Shown piece by piece: positions 25,436-38,899 of a stretch of DNA of 64,000 nucleotides. The notes under the pieces were generated by a model. It was not told where the DNA came from. It made no database searches and saw only the letters and a program-made list of their open reading frames with translations. A program made the translations under genes and the position numbers. Every line of letters starts with the position of its first letter. Position 1 is the stretch's first letter. Origin of the DNA: Phyllosticta citribraziliensis (lineage: Eukaryota); NCBI RefSeq assembly GCF_038025025.1, contig NW_027117353.1, positions 620,001-684,000 of the forward strand, in the 5' to 3' direction.

Positions 25436-28400
25436 ATGGAGAAAGATGCGATCGCTTTTGCTGGACTGGTTCCTGGGAAAACGCCTTCTTTGGACAACAC
25501 CTTTGGTGACGTCTCGAACGAGCGTGGTCTCTTTGTCGCGAACTCGATCAACCACGGACAGCAGACTCAAATTGGTATGTTGGGAACTCGAATCAAGCCA
25601 ACACCTGCTTCTCTTGCTGTAATATCACAGGCTCCCAGGTCATAAACTACCACGCTTCGCCCAAACCACACGCAATAGAATCGGAGGTGCGCGAGAAGAT
25701 AGTGAGCTGGCTGTCTCCGCTGGACTGTTGCGAACAGCAACGAGATCTGTTCAACAAAGCTGCGCACGGGTCCTGCCAGTGGTTTCTCAGTTCGCAGATG
25801 TTCTTGTCATGGAAGACAAGGGATACTCAGTATCTTTGGTGTTCTGGGAAGCGTATGTCTACCACTGCCGTCGCAATGCGGATATCAGGCTGACGATTCC
25901 CGTGTCTCTTCAGCCGGGGCTGGAAAGTCGTTTCTCTCGTAAGTCAATCATTAGGACGCAGGGGGTAAATATTCCTGATTTTTGCCAGATCCATCGTCAT
26001 CAAGGAACTCAAGCAGCACAAGAGGGATTGCCAAGTTGCTTCCTTGTCCCTGTCATACAAACAGAAACCCGCTCTGACCGACCTGTTTGGAAGTCTTGTT
26101 GGTCAACTCATTGGCAGTCAGTTGCCTCCCTGCGTGCGAGACCTTTTTAACGGAGAGAATAACAAACCGAACCCGTTCGGAAACCGCCCGGACTTGTCAC
26201 AACTTGAACACCTTTTGTCGGAACTGGCGTCCACCAATGACACCTTCATAGTCGTCGATGCGCTAGATGAGTTCGATCCCAGCCAACGACAAAGTCTGCT
26301 GAACTCGTTGCGTAAGATGAAAAATGTCAATCTTTTCGTCACGTCACGGGATCAATCGACGAGTGGATTTGAGACGATGGAAATTTCAGCGCAAGAACCC
26401 GATATTCGAGCTTATGTTGACCAAAGGATCCCCCACGAGTCGCGTTTGAAGCGGTATACCGATCAAGTGCCGCGCTTAGAGGAAGAAATCAAAAGCGCCG
26501 TCTGCGAGAGGGCCAACGGCATGTGGGTTCCCCACTTTGAAGCGCTGAGGATGACTTGAACACTGACGTTCTGAGAAACAGGTTTCTCTTGGCCCGATGC
26601 CACATGGACACGCTTGCCGCTTTGGACACTCGTGGCGAGGTCCAAAAAGCGCTGCAGAAGCTGCCCAGCGATCCGGACTCGATGTACACGAGTACTTTGA
26701 AACGAATCGACAGCCAACAGGACTCGAGGCGCAAATGGGCACTGTCGATTCTCGGCTGGATGGTCCACGCGGGTCGACCACTGGAACTCGACGAACTTAG
26801 ACATGCGCTTTTGATAGGTGGCAAGGTGGACTCACCCCTTGAGCCCGGCGATCCCTTCTTCGACCACAGCTTCACGCTCTCGGGCGAAGACATTACGGAA
26901 TTTTGTTGCGGCTTGGTAGAAATCGATGCTGGTAACAACAACACGATGAAGCTAATTCACTTCACCACGCAGGAGTTTCTGCACGAGAGGCGAGCTGAGC
27001 TTTTCCCACAGTTCCACGCTCGAATAGCGTTGGCGTGCGCAAAATATCTTTGCCTCCCGCGTCTGGAAGTCCTTGAACTGGATCGCGGCAAGTTTGGACG
27101 CGCACAATATACCGACGGCGGACTTTGCAACGGGCCCCACGACTACGCCGAAGAGTTCAAGGAGTATGAGAGGCTGTGGGAAATCCAGAAAACCAAAGAG
27201 GAAGCACGACTAGGCAAGACAATCGAGGGGTACGACGATTACGAGTACCGCGAAAAGCACTTCGAGCTGTCAAGAAATCGGGACGGGTTGAAGATAAGGT
27301 GGGAGGCACCCAATGTGCCGTACTACAATGGCTCGGGTGTTCTGACGAGACTTCCTTCCGATTTGAAGTTCTGGCTGTATCCCTTCGTCAGCTACGCCGG
27401 CAGGTACCTGGTGCACCATTTCAAGGCGCTCTCCGACGACGCCACCCGATCGCTTGTCGAGGAGCAGATTCGCATCATCTGGCAAAGCCCGCCCAAGCTG
27501 GCCCTCCAGCAATCGGTTTTTGAATCCTTGACTTGGCATATACATTTTCACCTCGAGACCCTGGCTGAATACGCCGCCTTCATTGGAAGCGTATCGCTTT
27601 TTGAACAATACAGTCAAGGCAGTACTCGGGAGGACCGAGAGAAAGCGTTGGAGATTGCAACGCGGCACGGCTGCACGAATGTGGTGAGGGCGCTGCTCAG
27701 GGCTGGCCTTGTTGACCTCACGTGCATAGATGGCCATTACCTGCTCATCGGCACTGCACAGCAAGGGTTCCTGACCGAAGTGAACCAAGTCGTCTCCGAA
27801 ATTGTCGACAACTTGGACGCGGCCAAGTTCCATCACAAGTCGAAAACGCTGACGAAGCGGACAAGAGACTGGTTTGACAGCGCACCTCGCCCAGATACGT
27901 CAGAAAACGATCGCTTCTTCCCAAGACTGTCGCTCGTCAAGCTCGAAAGCCACGTCCGGCTTCTTTCTGCGGTGACGACGGGAGATGCTGCCGCAATCCG
28001 GCGACTCGTCGAAGAGAGGTGCATCGATCTGACCTTGTCGGTCAAACTTGCCGCCCTGTCGAAGCCGAAGAAGATGTTGGAGAACCGGGTCAAGGCTCTG
28101 CTCATCTACACGGCGTTTTTCTTGTGCGTCGAGAACTGCCACACGCAGGCGGTAGAGGTCTTGCTGGATCACGGGATCGAGGTCGACTCGCGAGATTTGG
28201 AATGGCAGACGCCGCTTCACCGCGCCGTGGTTCTCAACTGTTGGCCCATCATGAAACTTTTGCTTAGCAGGCAAGCGTGTCTAGACTGGCGAATGTGGCT
28301 GCCAGAATCTGGTACCAATAGCGTCGAAGGTGAAATCCTCTCCCAACTCTTCGGGTCAAGCGATTGGCTGGGGCCTGTGAGCTGACAGATTCCCTCAGTC

Positions 28401-28955
28401 CTGAAGCTTCTCCGCGATGCTGATCCGGAATCCGGTGCACCGGCCGTTTACATGGCAGCGCGTGATGGACAAGCCGGTCTATTGCGAACACTGTTAGGTT
28501 TCGGCCTGAGCGCCTCGACTCGAAACCTGTTCGGAGACTCGACTCTGCACCTCGCTGCCCACAATGGCCACGCCGATTGCATCGAGCTTCTGGTCCAAGC
28601 TGGCGTCGACATCTCCATCAGAAATCCGTCTGGGAAGACACCTCTGCACCTCGCCATCCGTAGTAACGAAACGCACACCGTCAAGCACCTTCTTGCGTGC
28701 GGGGCAGACCCGTCTGCTCAAGACCAGGACCGAGAGAGCCCTCTGCACATCGCGTCTCGGTACCGTTCCGTTGATCGCGTCAAATTTCTGTTGGATGCAG
28801 GTGCGGACTGCAACGTGCTGTCAAAGCGGGACAAGACTCCGCTCGACGAAGCCTGCAGCACAGAAGTGGCGGAACTGCTGATCGAACATGGCGCGAAGAC
28901 TGGTCCAAGTCTGTTGGAATCGACTGGTGATGCACGCCGAACACCACAAGCCTAG
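25436..28955 (+). CDS. NACHT-ankyrin NLR (NLR-2) with an N-terminal putative amyloid motif, head-to-head with the SesB-like gene
   Basis: Exon 1 25436-25574, exon 2 from 25631. IVSWLSPL...GSCQWFL...LWCSGK|PGAGKS; FIVVDALDE; ANGM|FLLARCHMDTL; ankyrins TPLHRAV, STLHLAA, TPLHLAI, SPLHIAS, TPLDEA. Confidence 0.9.
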
Positions 28956-29982
28956 CATTCCCAAAAGCAGAGAACCCACGGGACCGACGACAAGGACAAC
29001 CGCCTGCGCATTCAGGAAAGCATACTTAAAAACGTGACGACACGCAAGCGTATGCCAAAGAAACAGCTACTCTTGAATTCAGGATGTATACGTAAAGTAA
29101 AGTCAGTTCCTTTCGTTCCGCCGATGCAAAAGAGCTAAAAACGACAGGGAAGCTTGCTCATAGGACCAACTCACGAGATCCGAAACAAAGGCATCCACCA
29201 CCTGCAGGTAAACTCGTCGTCTGGATGTGACCACGTCGCAATCCGGCCAGTCAAACCAAGCCAAGCCAAGCCAAGCTGAAAAGTGCTGTCCATCAATCCA
29301 CCCATACATACATGAATAAAAGTACGCACGCACGCAACATGGAAGGCGCCTCTGCCACCTCGGCGTTGCTCGACTATCATCCACCTTCGCCGAGCCATCT
29401 CTCGTCCCGCTCCCGCTCCTCTAGCTGGAGACAGTTGGACACACGGTTCGACTGCACACCGATGATGATGGGGTAAAAAAAAGGGGCATTAAAAGTGAGA
29501 GGAAGAACATGAAGAGGGGGGGAGGGGACATGACGAACGTGACAGTAGTCGTAGAAAGGAAAGAAGGAAAGGAAAAGAAAAATTATTACATCCCGCAGCC
29601 TACCTATTCCCTATGCGTGCATCTTTTCCATAGATACAACACAAGACCGAGGTACGGTAGACTGCTGCCGAAGAAGAAAAGGGAACTGAAAAAGGAGAAA
29701 GTCCGTCCCATAGTGATCATCGAGTTCAATCCAGACCTGGCCGTTTTCATGCTGCCTTGCTTCGCTTCGCTTCAAATCATGTCCACCCCACATTTGTCGA
29801 ACCCGCGTTGCAGATTTTGAGTTTTTGATTATGTCGCGGATCCGACATGGCTTCCTACCTACGGCGACGACCTCGGTCGACAAAGGCCGTCTTCACTGGA
29901 GCGAGCGTCAACCAAACAGGTTCCATTCGCTGTACGCCGGAGCAACTCTTCCGGCAACGCGACCCGTATTCCGTGTGTGAGA

Positions 29983-31105
29983 TTACGGGTTGTTGTTGTT
30001 GTTGTTGTTTTTCTTGTTGTTCAACCCAAAGTACAAGCCGACGACCAGGGCGATGATGCAAACGATGAGGATGAAGATGAAAAGGGTCCAGCGGCGCAGG
30101 CGGTTGCGGCGGCGGATGTGGTCAATGCCCTTGTCGAGTTGGACGTTCGCTTGCTTGCCCTCTTCGAGGACAGCCTCCGTTTTCTGCTCAGTCTGTTCAA
30201 CCTGGGGTTGCTGCAGGACGACAGCCTCGTTGAGCTGAATGAAGAGCTGGGCAAGGTCGTTCATCGTTTTCTCGATGACTTCAATGTCGTTGTGGCGTGC
30301 GCGCACTGCGCCGAGCACGCTGTTCGCCTGGCCCGAGCGGTTGGTTTTGAGCTGCCGGTTTCATTAGCGACTTGCTCGGTAAGTATGTGATGGGTGCGAC
30401 ACTTACCGCCGTCTGAAAGAGGCCGCCGGATTGGTTCCAATCCTCGTTGGCAGCAGCCTCAACTTCCTCCTCTGTTGCATCTGGCTTGACGATGCGGTAC
30501 TGGCGCCTGATTTGGTCCCGGTAACGATCGGAGTACTTCTTCTCGAGAACTTGGTAGTCGTGCAGCTTTTCCTGAAAGGTGTTTTTGAGTCTGCGGCTGT
30601 GACTGTTCTTGGTGCTGTTGTTTCCGCTGCGCATGGCGTCGGCCTCGAGGAACCTGATCTCATCCTTGATCTTCGTGTTGAGAATCTGTGTATCGGTGGT
30701 CAAGGTTTTCAGTTGAGCCTGCGCGTGGGCCTCGTTGGCATCGTTCAGCAGGCGTTGATGGATTGTAGCGATTTCTCCAATGCGGGTCGTGAGCAGCTCG
30801 ATGTTTTTCCCGCACAGACCGACGCGTCCGAGGAAATCTTGATCGGACAAGGAGTACTGCGACTGGGTGGCGGTTCCCTGTTCCGCCATGGGAATTTCCG
30901 AGTATTGTGAAGGTTGCGAGTAGTTGGAGGCTTGCTGGTGGGTGAGCGGCGGGGGTTGCTGCTCGAGGGGTCAGACGAGGCCTTGAGGATTGAAACGGAT
31001 GCGACGCACCTGAGCAGCGTACGGGCTGGGCTGGCCATAGGGATTGGCGGCCTCGTCCTGCTCGTAGGGGTTGCCGCCATATTGATTGTATCCGCCGTAG
31101 GACAT
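29983..31105 (-). CDS. SSO1: Plasma-membrane t-SNARE syntaxin (Sso1-like), 3 exons
   Basis: MSYGGYNQYGGNPY; RQYRIVKPDATEEEVE; SNARE motif ARHNDIEVIEKTMNDLAQLF; C-terminal TM helix followed by poly-Asn. Confidence 0.92.
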
Positions 31106-31499
31106 GGTGACGATGGTGGAGTTGGGTCGAGATGGGAGTCGGCGAGTGTGCGGAGAGGAGATGGATGGGTACGGAACAAGACGGATGACGTATTTGGATG
31201 GATGCTGACGGGCCGCGGTAAGGGATGTTCGGTCCCTGCGGAAGCGCGACAATGGAGTGGCGGAAGCCGGAGCGGAGGCTGGGGGGTATCAAGAATGCGG
31301 ATGGAGGTGGAAGAGGTGGTGTTGCTGTTGTCGTTGGAGAGCAGAGAGTGGCAGAGAAGAGCGAGAGCAGGCAGTGGCAGTGGTTGGGCAATTTCGAGGG
31401 CGCCGACCAGAGACCGTCGGTCGTGGCGTGGCGTGGCGTGGCACTGCCTGCAGTGGGGCGCAGGGACTCTTTTGCTACCGGTGCCTGGGTGGTTACTCT

Positions 31500-31521
31500 C
31501 CACACACACACACACACACAC
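31500..31521. repeat. (CA)n microsatellite, ~11 units
   Basis: Direct observation. Confidence 0.9.
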
Positions 31522-31999
31522 AGCCTCTCTCGCCTCTTTGCCTTTGCCATCCCTCCTCGGCCACTTTTCTTTAATTACTCTGCTGCTTACTCCCTGTGCC
31601 ATCGTTTTCATCGCCGCCGGATCTGCGTGTCTGAGGTGGCCCATTATTATGTACAAGTAGCGGCGGACCGGGCTGCCTTACCTTAAGCTTAATTGCACAC
31701 CGAAGCGAAGACCATCAGCGACAAGGCAAACAAACACCATCCTGCCTGTTTCAACGGCCGATCGCAAACGACGGCCGTCGACGTGGCCGCGCGCGAGGAA
31801 CCTCCCTCCCTTGGGGTGGTGAGACGACACGCTTACAGTACCATCAGATGGCTGCGCGCCAAAACATTGACCAATCACCATGGGATCCTTGCGCTCCCTC
31901 GACATGATGTCACCCATCCATGAAACGACCACAACGGCCGGCCGTGGCCCTGACAGTTTCAGGCCAGCCTGGGAAGTGGATTTCAACGCCTGTCAACAG

Positions 32000-34819
32000 C
32001 TACATACAACACCACTCCCTCTTCCATCCCACGCCGTCCAGTCCTTCAGCCGCAACGCCCGCGTCAAAGCTCATCAGAACCAGCGGCCCTGTCCTCTCCC
32101 TTCCTCCTCCGTATTTGGCCCGTCGCAAGAAGACCACGCTGCGTCTGTCCGTCACACCGACAACGTCGACGACCGGCGAGTCTGCTCGGCTCGGCGACAA
32201 CGGCGCATTCATGATGCCATGTAGCTTCTCCGAACACTGGCAACCGGCCCTGCCTCCACCCGAAGAACCAGAGGACGCCGGCGGCCACATTCTCGCCCTC
32301 TTGTGCACATACGCTCCGTCCTGTCCCTGCAACTCTCCCTCTGTCACGGAATTCTCTTGGCCAACTCGAGTCTCGTTTGGTTGCTTCGTATTCTCCCTGC
32401 GCGCTCCCACTCTCAATCTCAGGCAAGGCCCGCTTGAGCAGCACTTCTCGTCCTCCACCAGGTCCAAAAACGTCTTCGCGGAATAATTGTACGCCCGGTG
32501 TTTGGTGCGCGACAACGTGAACGAGCGGAGCGCCTCGGCGCGTCCAGCTTCTTTCGGCGCAGCGGTTGCGAAGTGCAAGCGCTCGCGGTGGACGCGGGCC
32601 GGACGCCGGATCCAGGGCCGGGTCGCGTCGGACCAGGCGACGTTGAAGTCGGGAAGAAAAGCGTCGAAGGGCGAGGTATAAGCATCGGGATATGCCGAGG
32701 GCGACGGCTGCGACTGAGGCTGTGACGGCTGGCCGGACGCGCGCAGACTTCCGGCTGGCGAGAGGCGTGCTGGCCCAGACGCTGAGCTGGAGTCGTCCCG
32801 ACTGCCGCCGTCAAGCACCGTCATCCCTTCCCCTTCCCCTCCTCCTCCTTCTTCTTCTTCATCGTCATCCCTTTCCGACGACGAGTCCTCGCCGAATCCC
32901 AATGTCCCAAAGTACCAACTCCTCTCTCCACCGACACTACGCCCTCCCCCTTGCGTCCCCGTTCCTTGCCCCCATTCCCTTCGCTCCTCAATCACCTTGA
33001 CTCCCCCACTCGCTTCATCCACGGCAATGTCCAACGCCGTCCATGCGTCATTGATTGGCCCCTCAATGCCATGATGTCGCCGAAACACCCGCGAGCCCGT
33101 CTCAACGGCATCCGGCGTCGGCGACTCGAGCGGGAAGCGGATCGAATTGTAAGTCGAAACGTGAGGGTCTTGCAGCTGGTCTTGATTTATCGCTGGTCTT
33201 TCGCCCAAGTCTGCAGGCACATCCGCCAACGCACTGCCGCTAATGGTAAGACCGTAGAAATGGTTCTCGTGGATGAAGAAACAAGTATCGGAGCCGAGCG
33301 CTTTGCTGGCCATTTGCGGCAGCGCGAGCTTCGCAATGTCTCTTTTGCTGCCGTCTCTACTCTTTCTTTTTGCTGCGGACCTCTTGTCGTTGTCATTGGC
33401 GATTTTCAACGGCGTGCCGTCTTTCAAGCTCACGCCGTGGACCACCCAAAACCGCTCCCCGCGCCTCCCGCACCCCGTGTGCGTCCCAAAATAGTAGTAC
33501 GCGTCCGTGTTGCGGACGAAGAGCTTGAGACCGCGGCCAGCGCCGTCGCCTTCGCCTTCGCTGCTCGTCGACATGGCGTCGTTGACGACAAAGTCGTTGT
33601 CGCTGCCGTACCCACCAAGGCGGTTTGGCAGGCGAAAGACGCGGAGGCATGGGGCAGCGACCGAGGAGCAGGCGGCTTTGGCAAGGCGGACGGCGACCAG
33701 GAAGTGCGGGTGGCGCTGGAGGAACGAAGGTGCCGACGGCGCGGAACGAGAGGAGCTGAAGTTGAGGTAGAGCGACAGGATCGACGCGCTGCAGTGGACC
33801 AGCGTCACTCGCGGAAGAGGATAGGTCGGAGAGGTCGACGAAGACGACCGGCTTGCGTTGGTGGATGTGAGCGAGCATGGCGACGCTGAGCGAGACCGCC
33901 CCGACAATGACGACGAGTTCGCCTCGTCCCACAGCGGCGCCTCGAAGCCCAGTGTTGCTGCTGCACAGTACGCCATGTCCCCCCCGTATGGCATCTCTGC
34001 GTCCCACCACGTCGACCCGTCTCGCTCGTCACTTCGTCTTCTTTTGCTCGGCCTCTCATCGCGCTCGCTGCCTTCTTTCGCTCCCGCGCTCTCGACCACG
34101 CTGTGCGCGATTGCTCCCACATCCAACACGGCCACTTCTCTCCCGCCTTCTTCGACGTTGAGGACGCGGATCTTGATTGCGTCTCTGCCATTGCTGCTGC
34201 TCCTCGGCTGCGAGTAGACGTAGCACAGCAGGCCCTCTTCGTACAGGAAGTCGGCCGCGTAGTCGACGATGCAGGCGGAGCGCGGCGATGCCGAGGCGAA
34301 GGCGGCTCGCCGTGCGTGGATGCTTTGGAGCGCGGCGCAGAAGGTAGGCGGTGTCGGTCGAGGAGTGGGCTGCTGCTGCTGATTCAACGGAGATCCATTT
34401 TGAGAAGAGGCCGTGGCAGTTGTGTTGTGTTCGGCTCGCGAGGCGAGGAGAGCTTCGCGGGCGAATTGCGCGTTGTTCTTTAGCAAGTGTCAGCTACATA
34501 TTTATGCTGCTGTGCGGCTGCAAGCCTCCAATGAGTGGAGGCCACAGATAATGAAGTGCAGTAGAGAACTTGAAGACACGACGACTCAGGAGGAACGGCA
34601 AAAAGAGATACTCCCGAATCGTCCAGCCTTGAGCGCCGCCGTGGATGCATCTTTCAATAGAAAACTCACCTGAACCACCATCCGGCACAGCGCATCCTCG
34701 CCCTTGACCACGCCTCTCAACCGGCGACTCGCACACCCCAGCGCTGCCACGTCGTCCAGCGCCAGGTACCGCGACACCTCGAACAGCACGTCGAACGGCA
34801 AAGTATCAAGATTGCGCAT
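32000..34819 (-). CDS. F-box protein with a conserved fungal C-terminal domain; 2 exons (intron ~34668-34480)
   Basis: Exon 1 MRNLDTLPFDVLFEVSRYLALDDVAALGCASRRL is an F-box signature. Long second exon with LFVRNTDAYYYFGTH, GPINDAWT, TKHRAYNYSAKTFLDLV. Confidence 0.85.
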
Positions 34820-35391
34820 GTCGTCCGTCTCGTCTCGCCCTTTCGTTGCTACTGCAATCTCTTTCAGCGGAAATCAAACGATTAATGCCCCTCTTCGATA
34901 GTGATGATGATGGTGATGATGATGCACTCGAGCACTACCGCAGTAGCGATGTCTGCTTCCTCGGACAGCCGCAGCTACCCAGAAGCCGAATTCAACGAGG
35001 CCTATCCAGTACCGACACGACGAGGCGGAGCAGAAGAGCCCGTACATCGGAGTCGGCGGGGGCAGAGGAGGGTGGGCCGGAGCGAGTGAGCGATGTGCAA
35101 AGCAAGGCGAGTCAAGGCAAGGTGTTCTCGCCCGCGCCTTGCGTTGTCGAATGAGGATTTGCTTTTCCTCTCTCTCCCAAAGCCTGAAAAGTAATCTGTA
35201 CCGATTTCGACAGTTCTCTCCGTGCTCTTTTGATTTTTGCTTCGCGTGCGCAGCCGCTGCGTTGCTTTTTGCGACGGGCGGAATGAATCTCCCTTGCTCA
35301 ATTTCCGCCTCGTGGTGGAAATCGTTGGTGAATGGCTTCGACTCGAGTATGCTCAGGAGTGTGGAATGCAATGGATGCCAGCTTGGGCACT

Positions 35392-35430
<39 letters not shown>
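35392..35430. repeat. (TGA)13 microsatellite
   Basis: Direct observation. Confidence 0.95.
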
Positions 35431-35431
<1 letters not shown>

Positions 35432-37787
35432 TTCGGCAGCAGCCAGCGTTGGCGGGCTCTATCTATATGTGAGTATGTCGTCTTAGAGCCGCATCGCCGG
35501 GTGCCCAAAGAGGAAACAAGCGCGGCGCATCCATGGCACTGCACATCAGCAGCAGCCGAAGAGCCGCATCGCCTCTCCCCACTGTGCCACTGCTGCCACC
35601 CCCTCCACCATGTCTTTCTCCATTGTCTGGTGCCTCGTCTGAAAGCCCACTGTGGCTCCCTCTCGCGCTCTCTCCCGACAGAGCCGCACGGCAGGACGCC
35701 GTGTGGTGGACGAATAGAGATGCGTGGGTTCACGAGGCGCCGTGCGACGCAATCAAGCCCACCCACCCAGGTTCTTTGCGCCGCAAGCCGGACAGGCGAG
35801 GCGCAAGCGCGCTTAGGTGCATTGGGTAGGGTAGGGTAGCTCGTGCCGCACCCACAAGCTTACAGGTACCATTCAGCACTTGTGCCACATGCCTGCCTGT
35901 CCTTGTGCCGGGTGGTCGAGCAAGGCTGTCAGGCAGCCGATTTGGCCAGGGGCAGCACCGCTGCCAGGCAAGGCCAAGCGCGCGTGTCTCGCGCGTGTAT
36001 GCGACAAGGCTGCGGGTCCTCTCGAGACATCAAGGGAAAAAGCAGTCGGATGCATAGATTGGTTCAATCGGGAGACTTGCCCGCCCCGCTTGCGGCTGTC
36101 GAGACACCTCAGACGCAGGCAGACTGCTCCTCCACACCGAAAGCGGTGCGTGTTTGCTCGACTGCGTGTGTTGTGCTGGCGTCTTTGGGTACCACTGCGC
36201 TAGAGCTTCAGGTACACATGTGCAAAGGAAGTCGGCTTCATGCCGTGCGCTCGCTTTGTGCATACATATCACATCTCGCTGATCCATCAAGTGCGGGCGC
36301 GTGTGCCTCAGCCGGGAACGGGGAACTCGGGACGGCGCGCTGTTTGTTCCTCAAAGCAAGCCGTGTTGGCAAAGCCACTAATTGATTGCGAGAGGATTCA
36401 GTTGGGCGCCGTAGCTCAGCACCAATGGTGTTCCCAGATCGTGTCTTGCCCGCTCGAATGCAGAATGTTACCTGTAGCAGTTCATGCAATTCGACGTGGA
36501 CGTACAGTGCCAACCAACCAGCCAGCCAGCCAGCGCAATGCTACGCCACAGCCTCGTGTTGTTGAGGCTATTAGTAAAGGCGCAAGTCGTCATTTGCCGT
36601 CAGAATATAGAATGCTGAGAAAAGGCCTCGGGAAAAGGCCGCGAATCTCCAAAGCCTCGCTGACCGTGTCAGATGTGAAGAGAGAGCTGTGCCCCCTTGC
36701 AACATGAGGCTCAAGTTCGCCGGGATGTGGCTGACTTGTCTCACAATCCAAGACGATCCGGAAAATATCAAGCGAATCGGTCGCAACTTGAGGGTCCCTC
36801 GACTTTGTTTGTGGTCTAGTGCGGCTCAGTCTGATGGCCGACAGGGGTGTGGTCTGGGGCCAAATCGCCGAAAGGGAAGCGGTGTTACTGGCGACGCTTT
36901 TGCGGAAGACCATCCAAGCGATCTGGGGGTACTCCAGCTGTCTCTTGAAACTTGATCGATTCGAAAGCGCACGTCTCGATACAGATGCAGGTCAGCTGCA
37001 ATGTCCCTTCAGGCTGAGAACGTTTTCGTCAACATGTCAATTCAGCCTTGTCCAAGGCTCCAGCTGATTGTGTCCCCAGGTCCTTGGTATCGTAGTCCCC
37101 GCGATTCTGTCTCATGCTTGCGTCGAGAGTGCTCGTTCACGATCTGATCACCGAGTGTGGTCTGTCAGGGTCAATCCGAGGGCTTGGTTGGTTGATCGAT
37201 ACACCGAGATGGCCTGTGCTATATATAATCATATGGCTTTCGATCTGACGAGGCTGGAAACATCATTGGTCATGAGGTTGGGAAACAGCAAGGCAACGGT
37301 GATGCAACATGAAACTCAAAATTTTGGGGTAGTATGGTCCAACAAGGACACGCGATCCAAAAAGACATGTCGACTCTTACGAAGCTGAACTTCTCTCTCC
37401 AGTCAGTCTCGCACGTAACAGACGTGTTGTTCTGCAGCTTTCCTAGGGCGCACTGAGCCTCAAAGTTTCCCAGCATTTGCCGAGTCCGCGAACCTGCGAA
37501 CCATCCGAATGATATCTAATGGCATTCAAGCCGGGTCCTCCCGAAGGGTGAAAGGATCGCGATGCATTCTGGTTTCGACAAGGTGCAGCGTCATCTCGTT
37601 GTCGAGTCGTAGATTCGCAAATCGGTCAGGCTGGACACAGCGCACGGCTTCAGCCGTTAATTGTTGCGAGTCAACCCTGTATGGTCTCGGCCTGGATTCT
37701 TGTGATTTCGGCCAGACTGGAAGGCTGCCTCGTCATATCGTCTTGAGCAAAAGTGGGACTCGAATTGTTCTCCAAGGCTTTCCGTTT

Positions 37788-38899
37788 TCAATTGGGCACG
37801 TCGAGTTCAACAGATCTGTTACGCGGCTGTAGATCCCAGCCCACAAGCGGCCAGCCTTCCGGCAGGTTCGAGTACGGCGGAAGCGTGTATTGGCCTTGAC
37901 AGCCACCGGGCTCGGTGCAATTCAGGCTGCACAATCCGAAAACCTTGCAATAGCAATCTTTGGCGACGGGGCAGTAGACGGCATCCTTGCCGAAAAATAC
38001 TAAGCAAAAGTCAGCAACGTTCCTAGACTTGCAATGCATGAGCACTTACTGTGCCATGCATATTCCATCACTCTGCCACTGATCCTGTCCTCCAAATCCG
38101 TGTTCGCCAGCCAGTCTCGAAGATGCTGGTATTTTTCCAGCGGAATACTCCGGATCTTGTGTCTTGTGAGCGCAAACTGCGCGCAGCAACTGATGGCAAC
38201 GAGGTCTGGCACAACGGCGTCTTCCCCAAAGATTTCCTTGAAGGACCGGTAGTAACTATTGCCCGCATGGCCTTGCTGCTGTGCCTCGCGATCGTCCTTT
38301 TCATATGGCTTAATCTCTTCGGGGCAGCCCATTTGCCATGCGCAACGCAGATTGACGTAGCCTTCCTGCTCGAGGTACGGCAACTGGAAGTTGCGGAGAA
38401 TGGGCAGTCCATCGTAGTCTGGGTCGTCGTTGTGCCACTGGTAACGCTTTGGGTGCAGGAAGAGGGTGTAGTCGGGGAGGTTTTTGTAGTTCTCAATGAT
38501 GTAACTGTGAGGGATTAGCCCGAGCCCGCCAAAACGTCGAGGGCCAACGCACGTCAGGTACACCATGCTTTCTCGGCCCTTGTTGCGAGGCACCGTCAAC
38601 TCTGCCTTGGGATCGTCCACGACGTAGCGAAACTTTTCCCAGTCGGGGAAGTACGTGTACAGCCAGTCCACATCGTCCGTCTGTTGGCTTGCGACGACGA
38701 ATGCTTTTTGGCCGACTCGCGACTTGGGCGTGGCGGTGTACGTTCCCAGGTCCTCCTGGTACTTCAGGTCGCCATCCCCGGAGAAGGGCGAATCCTGCTC
38801 GATGACGCCGCTGCGGAGGTTGAGGAAGAAGCCGACGAGCAGCAACACGGTGAGGGTGTAGAGGGCGATGCGGATGTTGGAGCGGCGGCGGAACATCAT
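37788..38899 (-). CDS. DUF3431 family type II membrane protein (3 exons)
   Basis: N-terminal TM; VPRNKGRESMVYLT|YIIENY..LPDYTLFLH..RYQWHNDDP; GYVNLRC; SCCAQFA; SGRVMEYAWH|IFFGKDAVYCP. Confidence 0.9.

Noticed and set aside
28450..28900. Ankyrin repeats as a high-internal-conservation array like het-d/het-e WD40s
   Set aside because: Repeats are clearly divergent at the DNA level; no sign of concerted evolution by eye
29983..30010. Poly-Asn tail of syntaxin as a prion/amyloid motif
   Set aside because: Simple AAC microsatellite after the TM anchor; no similarity to the NLR motifs
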